Source: an uncultured bacterium
GTDB lineage: Bacteria > Patescibacteriota > Minisyncoccia > Phycocordibacterales > Phycocordibacteraceae
Assembly (NCBI GenBank): GCA_937879955.1
Contig: CALFMK010000001.1
Location: 442,356 to 506,355, forward strand
Direction of reading: 5' to 3'
DNA: 64,000 nucleotides
Below, piece after piece: positions 56,254 to 64,000 of the stretch. The stretch's first letter is position 1. Each line of letters begins with the position of its first letter. Both the position numbers and the translations under genes were made by a program. Under the pieces are notes generated by a model that saw only the letters and a program-made list of their open reading frames with translations, was not told where the DNA came from and made no database searches.

Positions 56254-57474
56254 ATGAACCGACGCATACTCATCATCATCGCAAGCATCATCGTCGTCCT
56301 CGGACTCGTCGTTGGAGCGTACTACCTGTTCTTCAGCAAAGGCGCGACGCTCACGGTAGGGAACCCGGGAGACCTCTTCGGGGGAAGCGGGGACCGTCCG
56401 ACGACCCTCCTCGGCCCGGACGGCGCGCCGATACAGGGCGCAGGCACCGTCGTGGCGCCGAAGCTCATCCGCATCAGCGACGCGCCGGTGGCGAAGGGCG
56501 CCATCGCGCTCTTCATCCCGGCGACCGAGCCCGCTGCCTCCTCGACCGAGCTCGCCACGCCGGCAGATACCGAGATCCGCTTCATCGAGCGCCAGAGCGG
56601 CAACGTATACGCGTTCCGCCTCCATGACCGCGTCCTTACGCGCATCTCGAACCGCACGATCCCGGGTATACAGGAAGCGACTTGGACCCTGGACGGCACG
56701 CGCGCGTTCGTGCGGTATCTCACCCGAGCCACCGACGGCACCGAGCACATCGATACGTACATGCTCCCGGCGAACGGCGGGGAAGGGTACTTCCTCGAGC
56801 AGGGGCTCGAGCAGGTCGCCGTCCAAGGGACGAGCACCGTGCTTTCCGTGCTGCCGAACACCTCCGGCTCGATCGGCTCGCTCTCGAACCCTGACGGCAC
56901 GAACCTGCGCACGCTCTTCACGTCGCCGCTCTCGCGCCTGAGCGCCGACTTCTCCGGAAGCGACATCCTCGCGACCACCAAGGGCTCGGTGACGCTCGAC
57001 GGGTACGCATTCCTCGTCTCTCGCGCGACAGGCGCCTTCACGCGCATCCTGGGACCGTACAGGGGCCTCTCCGCGGTAGCGAACCCTGAAGGGACCTCCG
57101 TCCTCTACAGCTACGCGGATCGCGGCCGCATCTACCTGCAGGTGCTCGACCTCGCGACCAGGACCGCGACCGCGCTGCCGCTGTCGACGTTCGCGGAGAA
57201 GTGCGCGTGGGCGCCCGGAGGACGCGCCGTCTACTGCGGCGTCCCGACCGCGCTCGCGGGGAACATGCCGGACGACTGGTACCAGGGCGCGGCCACGTTC
57301 TCGGACCGCATCTGGCGCATCGACCTCGATACCCGCCTCGCGACGCTCGTGGTCGATCCGGGGCAGGTAGGGGACGTCGCCATCGACGCGGTCTCGCTCA
57401 CGGTAGACCCTATCTCCGACGCGCTCGTGTTCACCAACAAGAAGGACGGATCGCTCTGGGCGTACGATCTTTAG
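56254..57474 (+). CDS. Membrane-anchored beta-propeller-like protein
   Basis: N-terminal TM; repeated W/xPDG blade-like motifs; ends FTNKKDGSLWAYDL. Confidence 0.7.
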   Translation: MNRRILIIIASIIVVLGLVVGAYYLFFSKGATLTVGNPGDLFGGSGDRPTTLLGPDGAPIQGAGTVVAPKLIRISDAPVAKGAIALFIPATEPAASSTELATPADTEIRFIERQSGNVYAFRLHDRVLTRISNRTIPGIQEATWTLDGTRAFVRYLTRATDGTEHIDTYMLPANGGEGYFLEQGLEQVAVQGTSTVLSVLPNTSGSIGSLSNPDGTNLRTLFTSPLSRLSADFSGSDILATTKGSVTLDGYAFLVSRATGAFTRILGPYRGLSAVANPEGTSVLYSYADRGRIYLQVLDLATRTATALPLSTFAEKCAWAPGGRAVYCGVPTALAGNMPDDWYQGAATFSDRIWRIDLDTRLATLVVDPGQVGDVAIDAVSLTVDPISDALVFTNKKDGSLWAYDL

Positions 57475-57483
57475 TGAGTTATG

Positions 57484-57523
57484 GATAAGAAAAGAGCCCG
57501 TATATACGGGCTCTTTTCTTATC
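57484..57523. terminator. Bidirectional terminator closing the T4SS-like locus and yidC
   Basis: GATAAGAAAAGAGCCCGTA-ta-TACGGGCTCTTTTCTTATC. Confidence 0.82.
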
Positions 57524-58266
57524 TAGGCCGAAGCCTCTGGAAGAGGGGTGACCTTCTTCCTCCGCACGATGTACTCCTGCAGTATCCCGACCAAATTGCT
57601 CGTTATGAAGTAGAGGGAGATGGCGACGGAGGTGTAGTACGCGGCGATGCCGATGAATACCGGGAGAATGAAGCGCATCTGGGTCGCCATGGCGCGACCA
57701 AAGTCGGCCTGCATGTCGGTCCCTTCCTTCTTCGTGCTCTTCTCAGGAACCGGTATCGCGTAGAGGCCGTACAGGAACTGGGTGAGGGCGGCAAGGAAGG
57801 CGAGCGTGATGCTCGCACCCAGGATAGCGAACGTGCCGAGGAAGAGAGGGGAGATGGCGTCAGGCACCGGCACGAACGAGTAGAGGACGGACGTGTCCAC
57901 GGTAAGGAGCGTCTTGCTCTTGAAGACCCAGTAGAGCGAGATGACGACCGGGAGCTGGATGAGGAGGGTGAGGATGCCGGCGAACGGATTCACGCCGTAC
58001 TTCTTGTAGAGCGCGAACATCTGCTTCGCCTGCTCCTCCTTGTCGTCCTTCAGCGTCTCGCGGATCTGCTTCATCTCGGGCTCGATGGCCTTGATGGCGC
58101 GCTGGGTGCGGAGCGCCGCGAAGGAGAGCGGCATGATGATGACCTTCACGATCAGGGTCGCCGCGATAACGGCGAGCCCGATATCCTGTCCGGGCAGGAT
58201 ATCCGTGAGGCCCATGAGAAGGTTATAGATCGGCGTATAGAGAACGGTATGGAAGAAGGACGTCAT
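57523..58266 (-). CDS. yidC: YidC/Oxa1 membrane insertase (short form)
   Basis: GLAVIAATLIVK, LYKKYGVNP, LIQLPV, LYFITSN..QEY; follows rpmH-rnpA. Confidence 0.93.
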   Translation of the reverse strand: MTSFFHTVLYTPIYNLLMGLTDILPGQDIGLAVIAATLIVKVIIMPLSFAALRTQRAIKAIEPEMKQIRETLKDDKEEQAKQMFALYKKYGVNPFAGILTLLIQLPVVISLYWVFKSKTLLTVDTSVLYSFVPVPDAISPLFLGTFAILGASITLAFLAALTQFLYGLYAIPVPEKSTKKEGTDMQADFGRAMATQMRFILPVFIGIAAYYTSVAISLYFITSNLVGILQEYIVRRKKVTPLPEASA

Positions 58267-58301
58267 GGAAGCCAGTCTACCGTATTTCGGCCGAACCTAC
58301 C

Positions 58302-58622
58302 TTACCGGGGAAGCGTGCGCTCGAGGAGCCCGGTGAGCTCCTTCGCGAGGGCAGGGTAGTCGAGCGAGGCCGCGCCGGGGCGAGCATAGACGATGAGGAC
58401 CCGGGTAGGGGAGCACCAGGGGGCGATGACCGAGAGGGCCCGGCGCTTCAAGAGATGACGCCCGACCGAGAGCTTCGAGACCTTCTTCGAGATGACCACG
58501 GCGCAGCCCCCTTTTTCAGGGGTTTCCCGTACGGACAAGGAGAAATGGGGGCTCGCAACCCGTTTTTCGGGCCCAGAAGGCGCAAAATGCGCCCGAGTGA
58601 GGCGCATTTTCCGGTTCAACAT
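58302..58622 (-). CDS. rnpA: Ribonuclease P protein component
   Basis: [28 protein letters not shown]; TAATG overlap with rpmH. Confidence 0.85.
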   Translation of the reverse strand: MLNRKMRLTRAHFAPSGPEKRVASPHFSLSVRETPEKGGCAVVISKKVSKLSVGRHLLKRRALSVIAPWCSPTRVLIVYARPGAASLDYPALAKELTGLLERTLPR

Positions 58623-58759
58623 TAGACGGTGAGCTTCGCGCGTCCCTTGCGGCGGCGGCGCAGGAGGACTGCACGGCCGGTCGGGGTAGCGGTGCGGGCA
58701 CGGAATCCGTGCGTACGCGCGCGCTTGCGCTTCTTCGGCTGGTAGGTGCGCTTTGGCAT
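58622..58759 (-). CDS. rpmH: 50S ribosomal protein L34
   Basis: Read manually: [45 protein letters not shown]. Confidence 0.97.
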   Translation of the reverse strand: MPKRTYQPKKRKRARTHGFRARTATPTGRAVLLRRRRKGRAKLTV

Positions 58760-58859
58760 ATGCACAGGATACTAACAGGTTGACGGGAAGGTAGCAAGGA
58801 AACGCCTCACGAGGGGACCGGTCGCGCATTTTCGAAACGCCCGTATACTTACCCTCACG

Positions 58860-60209
58860 ATGAACCGTCTCGATGCGCGCGAACTCTGGGAATACACGCT
58901 CACGCAGGTAGAGCTCTCCATCTCTCCCGCGAATTTCAACACCTGGTTCCGCGACAGCTCCATCGTGAAGATCGAGGACGGGATCGTCTATATCGGCGTC
59001 CCGAGCCAGTTCTTCCGCGACTGGTACCTCAAGAAGTTCAATATGCTCCTCCTGAAGATAATCAGGGGCGTCTCCCACGAGTACCGCAACATCGAGTACA
59101 TGATCGTGAAGGACGACCGCCGCCGCCCGAAGGAGGTGCGCCGACAGCCTCAAGCCACGGTTGAGATGCCGCTCGACGAGTTCTACATAAACAAGAGCGA
59201 CGGCCTGAATCCTCGCTATACGTTCGACACGTTCGTCGTGGGTTCCTTCAACGAGCTCGCTCATACGGCGGCGCAGGCAGCCTTAAAGCGCCCCGGTATC
59301 ATGTACAACCCGCTCTTCATCTATGGGGACACCGGAAGAGGGAAGACTCACCTGATCCAGGCCATCGGCAACCAGTTCAAGAAGCTATACCCGGGCCGCA
59401 AGGTCTACTACCTCACGGCCGAGACGTTCGGCCAGGACTACACGAACGCCATCCAGGCGGGGACGATGAACCGGTTCAAGGACAAGTACCGCCAGTACGA
59501 CCTCCTGATCATGGACGACATCCAGTTCTTCGCGAAGAAGGAGAAGACCCAGGAGGAGCTCTTCCACCTCTTCAACGCGCTCTATGACAACAACAAGCAG
59601 ATCCTCTTCTCGTCCGATAGGGCGCCGGCGGCTATCCCGGACATCGCGGATAGGCTCCGCGGCCGCTTCTCGGCCGGCATGTCCATCGACATCGGCGAGC
59701 CGGATACCGAGAGCCGCATGGCCATCGTCCGCAAGAAGGCGGCGTCCCAGGGCGTCTATCTCTCGGAAGAGGTTATCGAGCATATCGCCACGTCCATCTC
59801 AGGCTCCATCCGCGAGCTCGAGGGCGTCATAAACAGCGTCGTCTGCCACACGCAGGTGAAGGGCGTCCCGCCGGACCTCGCGGAAGTACGCCATTCCCTG
59901 CGTTCCTTCGCCCGCCCGCAGAAGACCGTGTCCGTGAAGCACGTGGTCTCGAAGGTGGCCGAGTTCTATGGCATCGACGAGGAGAGCATCTACGAGAAGA
60001 CTCGCAGAAGGGAGGTGGTGCGCCCGCGCCAGGTCATCATGTACATCCTCAGGGAGGACTTCAGCGTCTCGTACCCGACCATCGGCTCGAAGCTCGGCGG
60101 CCGCGACCACACCACGGTTATTCACTCGTGCGAGAAGGTGAAGCGGGAAGTGCAGGCGGACCCTGACCTCGCGAAGGAGATTCAGGACATCCGCAGCCTG
60201 TTGGTATAG
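58860..60209 (+). CDS. dnaA: Chromosomal replication initiator DnaA
   Basis: LNPRYTFDTFVVG, YNPLFIYGDTGRGKTHL, DDIQF, TQEELFHLFN, GGRDHTTV. Confidence 0.99.
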   Translation: MNRLDARELWEYTLTQVELSISPANFNTWFRDSSIVKIEDGIVYIGVPSQFFRDWYLKKFNMLLLKIIRGVSHEYRNIEYMIVKDDRRRPKEVRRQPQATVEMPLDEFYINKSDGLNPRYTFDTFVVGSFNELAHTAAQAALKRPGIMYNPLFIYGDTGRGKTHLIQAIGNQFKKLYPGRKVYYLTAETFGQDYTNAIQAGTMNRFKDKYRQYDLLIMDDIQFFAKKEKTQEELFHLFNALYDNNKQILFSSDRAPAAIPDIADRLRGRFSAGMSIDIGEPDTESRMAIVRKKAASQGVYLSEEVIEHIATSISGSIRELEGVINSVVCHTQVKGVPPDLAEVRHSLRSFARPQKTVSVKHVVSKVAEFYGIDEESIYEKTRRREVVRPRQVIMYILREDFSVSYPTIGSKLGGRDHTTVIHSCEKVKREVQADPDLAKEIQDIRSLLV

Positions 60210-60421
60210 CTGGGGAAAACCTATGTATAACCTTCGAAGAACCGCGGGGATATGTAGGGGAAAGCTGGGTGTAAGAAGAACTCGATTTCCGCTATCCCCA
60301 GATCGTCTCGGTGAGACGAGACCGTCATCAACAGGATGTTTTCGGGTGAAGCGCCAGGAAGCATTGAAAACAGAGGGCGGGAGGGGTTGTCCCCGGTGTC
60401 CACACCCCTAATAATAAGGAC
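60210..60421. other. Probable oriC (dnaA-dnaN intergenic region)
   Basis: Degenerate DnaA boxes; tandem TTGTCCCCG/GTGTCCACA, then CCC, then CTA-ATA-ATA trios at 60387-60416. Confidence 0.6.
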
Positions 60422-61522
60422 ATGATCATAACTTTAGATAAGAAAGAATTCTCAGAAGGGGTGCAGACCGTCGCACGCTTCGCGGAACGAAGGAGTGGTA
60501 CGCTCCCGGTGCTCGCCGGCATCGCGATCATCGCGGGGGACGACGGCATCAAGCTGCGCGCTACGAACCTCGAGACGGGGATCGACCTCAAGGTGGATGG
60601 AACCATCAAGAGCGACGGCGTCGTCGCGCTCCAGGCCTCCACGCTCCGTGACATCGCCTCCTCGTTGTCAGGCTCCGGCACGCTCACCCTCGAGCACTCG
60701 GGCGATACGGTCCTCGTCACGACCGGGAACGGCCGCAGTACGCTCAAGACCCTTCCGTACGAGGATTTCCCTACGCTCCCGCTCCCTGAGGCGCCACGGG
60801 CGAAATTCGAGCTTCCAGGAGCGCTCCTGCGCGGCCTCGTGAATGCGGTATCGCCCTATGCGTCGGTATCCACGGTCCGCCCCGAGCTCGCGTCCGTGCT
60901 CTTGAAGAGCGAAGGCAGCAACCTCACGGCCGTCGCGACCGACTCCTTCCGTCTCGCCGAGAAGAAGATATCCCTCTCGAAGTCGGTGGAGCCGTTCTCG
61001 ATGCTCATTCCGGCGAAGAACGCGATCGATATCATGCAGACCCTGCCTGACGAGTCGATCGAGATCTCCGTGGACGAGCACCAGTGCGCGTTCTTCTGGA
61101 AGAAGGGCGTCCTCACGACCCGTCTCGTGACGGCGAACTACCCGGACTACACCCAGATCATCCCGAAGAGCTTCGTATCCGAGGCTACGGTCCTCAAGAA
61201 GGACTTCGAGGCGGCGCTCCGCCGTACGGCCATCTTCTCGGACTCGTTCCAGAAGGTGCGTCTCGGGCTCGATGCGGGTGCGAAGTCAGTGGCGCTCTCG
61301 GCGCAGAACGCGGACGTGGGCGACTCGAACGAGTCCATCCCGGCTGCGATCACGGGCGACGCGGTGGAGCTCTCGTTCAACCACCGCTATCTCTCCGCTC
61401 CTATCGGAAGCATCGCAACCGAGAGCATCACGCTTTCCGCGAGCGGCATCGGCAGGGCCATGGTCATGCGGGGCGCAGGGGATACCTCGTTCCTGTACCT
61501 CGTGATGCCGATGAATCAGTAG
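60422..61522 (+). CDS. dnaN: DNA polymerase III beta sliding clamp
   Basis: ATNLE, DFPTLP, VRPEL, VATDSFRL, YPDYTQIIP, LVMPM; follows dnaA. Confidence 0.98.
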   Translation: MIITLDKKEFSEGVQTVARFAERRSGTLPVLAGIAIIAGDDGIKLRATNLETGIDLKVDGTIKSDGVVALQASTLRDIASSLSGSGTLTLEHSGDTVLVTTGNGRSTLKTLPYEDFPTLPLPEAPRAKFELPGALLRGLVNAVSPYASVSTVRPELASVLLKSEGSNLTAVATDSFRLAEKKISLSKSVEPFSMLIPAKNAIDIMQTLPDESIEISVDEHQCAFFWKKGVLTTRLVTANYPDYTQIIPKSFVSEATVLKKDFEAALRRTAIFSDSFQKVRLGLDAGAKSVALSAQNADVGDSNESIPAAITGDAVELSFNHRYLSAPIGSIATESITLSASGIGRAMVMRGAGDTSFLYLVMPMNQ

Positions 61523-61539
61523 GTTCGATTCCGGTATCA

Positions 61540-61576
61540 TACAGAAAAGCCGCACCAAAGGGTGCGGCTTTTCTGT
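61540..61576. terminator. Bidirectional terminator between dnaN and the PBP gene
   Basis: ACAGAAAAGCCGCACC-aaag-GGTGCGGCTTTTCTGT. Confidence 0.8.
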
Positions 61577-61587
61577 GATTTGAGCGA

Positions 61588-63798
61588 CTAATTATTCTCC
61601 TCGCGCTGCCTCCGCCGCTCGTCGCGCTCGAGCTCGCGCAGCTCCCGTTCGGTGAGCTCGGCCTGTTCGCCGCCGGCAGAGGTAGGCGTCGTGGTCGATC
61701 CGAGGTTCTGGATGCCCTGGCCCCATGCGAGAATCGGCGTCTCCCAGTAATTGAGCTGAGGGTCGCTGTACGGGTTGAGCGGCGGGCCGCCTTGCGGATT
61801 GTCTTTGTTCGTGAGGAGGAGGAGCGAGTGGTAGATAACCTGGCCACGGAGCACCGCAGGGGCGCTGTCAGGTATCGCTGGCGGCTCGTCGAAGTACTCC
61901 TTCGGCATCTTCGCGAGCGCGACGTCCATGAACTCGCGCCACATAGGCGCCACGATGTAGCCGGCGATTTCCTTCACCATCGGGCTGTTGTCGTTGTTTC
62001 CGGCCCAGGCAGCGACCGAGATGGTAGGGGAGTAGCCGACGGTCCATGCGTCGCGCGACTCGTTCGTGGTACCGGTCTTCGCGGCCACGTCATAGTCGGT
62101 GAAGGCGAGCGGGTTTACGGGATTGTAGGACGGGATGCGCGCCTGATTGTCCGACATGATGTCTGCCATGGTGCGCGCGACCTCGGGGCTTATGGCCTGC
62201 TCGGGCTTCGCTTCGAACTTCTTTATGACCTTGCCCTTCATGTCGCGTATCTCGAGGATGCCGGTGGGCGGGTTGCGGACGCCGTCATTCGCGAAGACGC
62301 CCATCGCGCTCGCCATCTCGAGCGGCGAGACCTCGGCCGCGCCGAGCGCGAACGAGAGGCCGTAGTCCTTGGCGCTCCCGAGGGTCGTGAAGCCCATGCG
62401 GGTGGCGAGTCCGATCACGTTGTCGATGCCGGCGAGGTAGAGCACCTTCACGGCCGGGATGTTGATCGACTGCGCGAGCGCGGTGCGGAAGGTCATCGGT
62501 CCGCGGAACTTCAGGTCGTAGTTCTGCGGCGCGTAGCAGGGAGCCGTCGAATTCGTGACGTCAGACGGCGCGCAGGCGGTCGAGAACTGCGTCGGTACGT
62601 CGAAGATGACCGTCTCCGAGGTGTAGCCCTTCTCGATGGCGGTCGCGTATACGAACGGCTTGAACGAGGAGCCTGGCTGGCGGGGCGCGACGGCGACGTT
62701 GTAGCTGCCCGGGATCTCGGTGTCGAAGTAGTCGCGGGAACCGACCATCGCGAGGATCTGGCCTGTCTTCGGGTCGATCGCGACGAGCGCGGCATTCGAA
62801 GCGTTGAACTTGGAGGTGTTCACGATCGCGTTGTCATGCACGATGGTCTGCGCCGCGTTCTGGAGCTCGGTGTCGAGCGTCGTTATGACGGTGAGGCCCT
62901 GCGTCACCACCTCAGGCCCGTACATGTCCTCGAGCTGCTGCTCGATGTAGAAGACGAAGTGCGGCGCGATGATGGTGTTGTTCTGCTGGCGGCTGAAGGT
63001 CACCTTCGTCTTCTGTGCCGCTACCTTCTCCTCCTCGGTTATGTAGCCGAGGACCTGCATGCGCTCGAGCACGTAGTCCTTGCGGGCGTCGAGGTCCTCG
63101 CGGTTGTTGCCGTACGGGGAGTAGTAGGTAGGGAGCTGCGGGATCGCAGCGAGGTACGCGGCCTCGGGGAGCGTGAGGTCGCTCGCGTCCTTCCCGAAGA
63201 AGGCGCGGGATGCCACCTCGGCGCCATAGAGCGTGCCGCCGTAGGGCGTCACGTTGAAGTAGAACTCGAGGATCTGGTCCTTCGAGTACCGCTGCTCGAG
63301 CTTCCAGGAGAGCACCCATTCCTGGAACTTGCGGATAGGGCTCTTCTTGCCCGAGAGGATCGTGTTCTTCACGACCTGCTGGGTGATGGTTGAGCCGCCC
63401 TGCGCGAACGACATGGTCTTGATGTCGACGATGATGGCGCGCGCGATCGCGGTGAAGGAGACGCCGCCGTGCTTGTAGAAATCGGAGTCCTCGATCGCGA
63501 TGGCCGCCTTCTGGAGATTCGGAGAGATCTCAGAGAGCGGGACCACGTTCCGGCGGACGTCATGGTTGAGGTCGTAGAGGACCGTCTTCCCCTCGCGGTC
63601 GTAGATCTTCGTGGACTGGGCTACCTTCCGGGAGTCGAACGAGTTCAGGTCGGGAATAGGGGTCAGCGCCGCCCAGAGTATGCCGATGCCAGCGAGGAGC
63701 ATGCCTGCGCCGACGAGCAGGAACAGGGCGCGCAGGAACGGGTGCGGGTGCTCGAGATACGAGCTGAGGTCGACCTTCTTTTTATGTTTTTTCGGCAT
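61588..63798 (-). CDS. Class A penicillin-binding protein (PBP1A family)
   Basis: Transglycosylase IEDSDFYKH, GGSTITQQ, RKFQE; transpeptidase PGSSFK, SIN, KTGT. Confidence 0.96.
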   Translation of the reverse strand: MPKKHKKKVDLSSYLEHPHPFLRALFLLVGAGMLLAGIGILWAALTPIPDLNSFDSRKVAQSTKIYDREGKTVLYDLNHDVRRNVVPLSEISPNLQKAAIAIEDSDFYKHGGVSFTAIARAIIVDIKTMSFAQGGSTITQQVVKNTILSGKKSPIRKFQEWVLSWKLEQRYSKDQILEFYFNVTPYGGTLYGAEVASRAFFGKDASDLTLPEAAYLAAIPQLPTYYSPYGNNREDLDARKDYVLERMQVLGYITEEEKVAAQKTKVTFSRQQNNTIIAPHFVFYIEQQLEDMYGPEVVTQGLTVITTLDTELQNAAQTIVHDNAIVNTSKFNASNAALVAIDPKTGQILAMVGSRDYFDTEIPGSYNVAVAPRQPGSSFKPFVYATAIEKGYTSETVIFDVPTQFSTACAPSDVTNSTAPCYAPQNYDLKFRGPMTFRTALAQSINIPAVKVLYLAGIDNVIGLATRMGFTTLGSAKDYGLSFALGAAEVSPLEMASAMGVFANDGVRNPPTGILEIRDMKGKVIKKFEAKPEQAISPEVARTMADIMSDNQARIPSYNPVNPLAFTDYDVAAKTGTTNESRDAWTVGYSPTISVAAWAGNNDNSPMVKEIAGYIVAPMWREFMDVALAKMPKEYFDEPPAIPDSAPAVLRGQVIYHSLLLLTNKDNPQGGPPLNPYSDPQLNYWETPILAWGQGIQNLGSTTTPTSAGGEQAELTERELRELERDERRRQREENN

Positions 63799-63846
63799 GA
63801 TTTTTCCATGCTATCACGAAGAACGGCCCCGTACGGGGCCGTTTCA

Positions 63847-63978
63847 TTAGATCATCGTAGGATCCTCTTCCTCTTCTTCGGAGTCCTCCTCGTCATCGAG
63901 GTCCTCGTCATCGAGCATATCCTCCTCATCCTCGTCTTCGAGAGGAAGGATCGCTTCTGGGTCCAGCTCGTCGTCCAT
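63847..63978 (-). CDS. Very small hyper-acidic protein (43 aa)
   Basis: Read manually: MDDELDPEAILPLEDEDEEDMLDDEDLDDEEDSEEEEEDPTMI*; hairpin at 63822-63843 follows. Confidence 0.6.
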   Translation of the reverse strand: MDDELDPEAILPLEDEDEEDMLDDEDLDDEEDSEEEEEDPTMI

Positions 63979-64000
63979 AATTATGTACGGAAATTACGCG

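Noticed and set aside
58302-59264. 320-aa ORF as listed in the track
   Set aside because: Only the last 106 aa are RnpA; the rest overlaps rpmH and antisense dnaA

Overview
A GC-rich bacterial chromosomal window, apparently origin-proximal, with no prophage, transposase or CRISPR array visible. Gene content and style suggest Patescibacteria/CPR (Parcubacteria-like); this is inference only. It carries housekeeping genes (fusA, rpsG, rpsL, rpmB, nusA, ppa, clpP, rny, hup, rarA, cca, xth, xer, rpsO, pcrA/uvrD, rsmA, yidC, rnpA, rpmH, dnaA, dnaN, a class A PBP), four tRNAs without encoded CCA, a lexA-like/Y-family polymerase cassette with a perfect GAAC-N4-GTTC operator, a split comEC pair, and a PilB/GspE ATPase with a LamG pilin. 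The main finds are: (1) a ~13 kb, 12-gene, chromosomal type IV secretion-like locus (VirB4, PrgI, VirB6/TrbL-like, TrbJ/VirB5-like, a Cys-rich T4SS pilin, a beta-propeller) between rsmA and yidC, with no relaxase, coupling protein or flanking integrase; (2) nine parS-like palindromes at 32.2-34.3 kb, five inside the cca coding sequence, next to a DnaA-box cluster; (3) a likely oriC unwinding module between dnaA and dnaN; (4) many -10 hexamers 6-9 nt before start codons, suggesting leaderless or very short-leader mRNAs; (5) an S12 with native K43R and a one-residue deletion in the KDLPG loop. All product calls come from motif recognition by eye; no searches were run.
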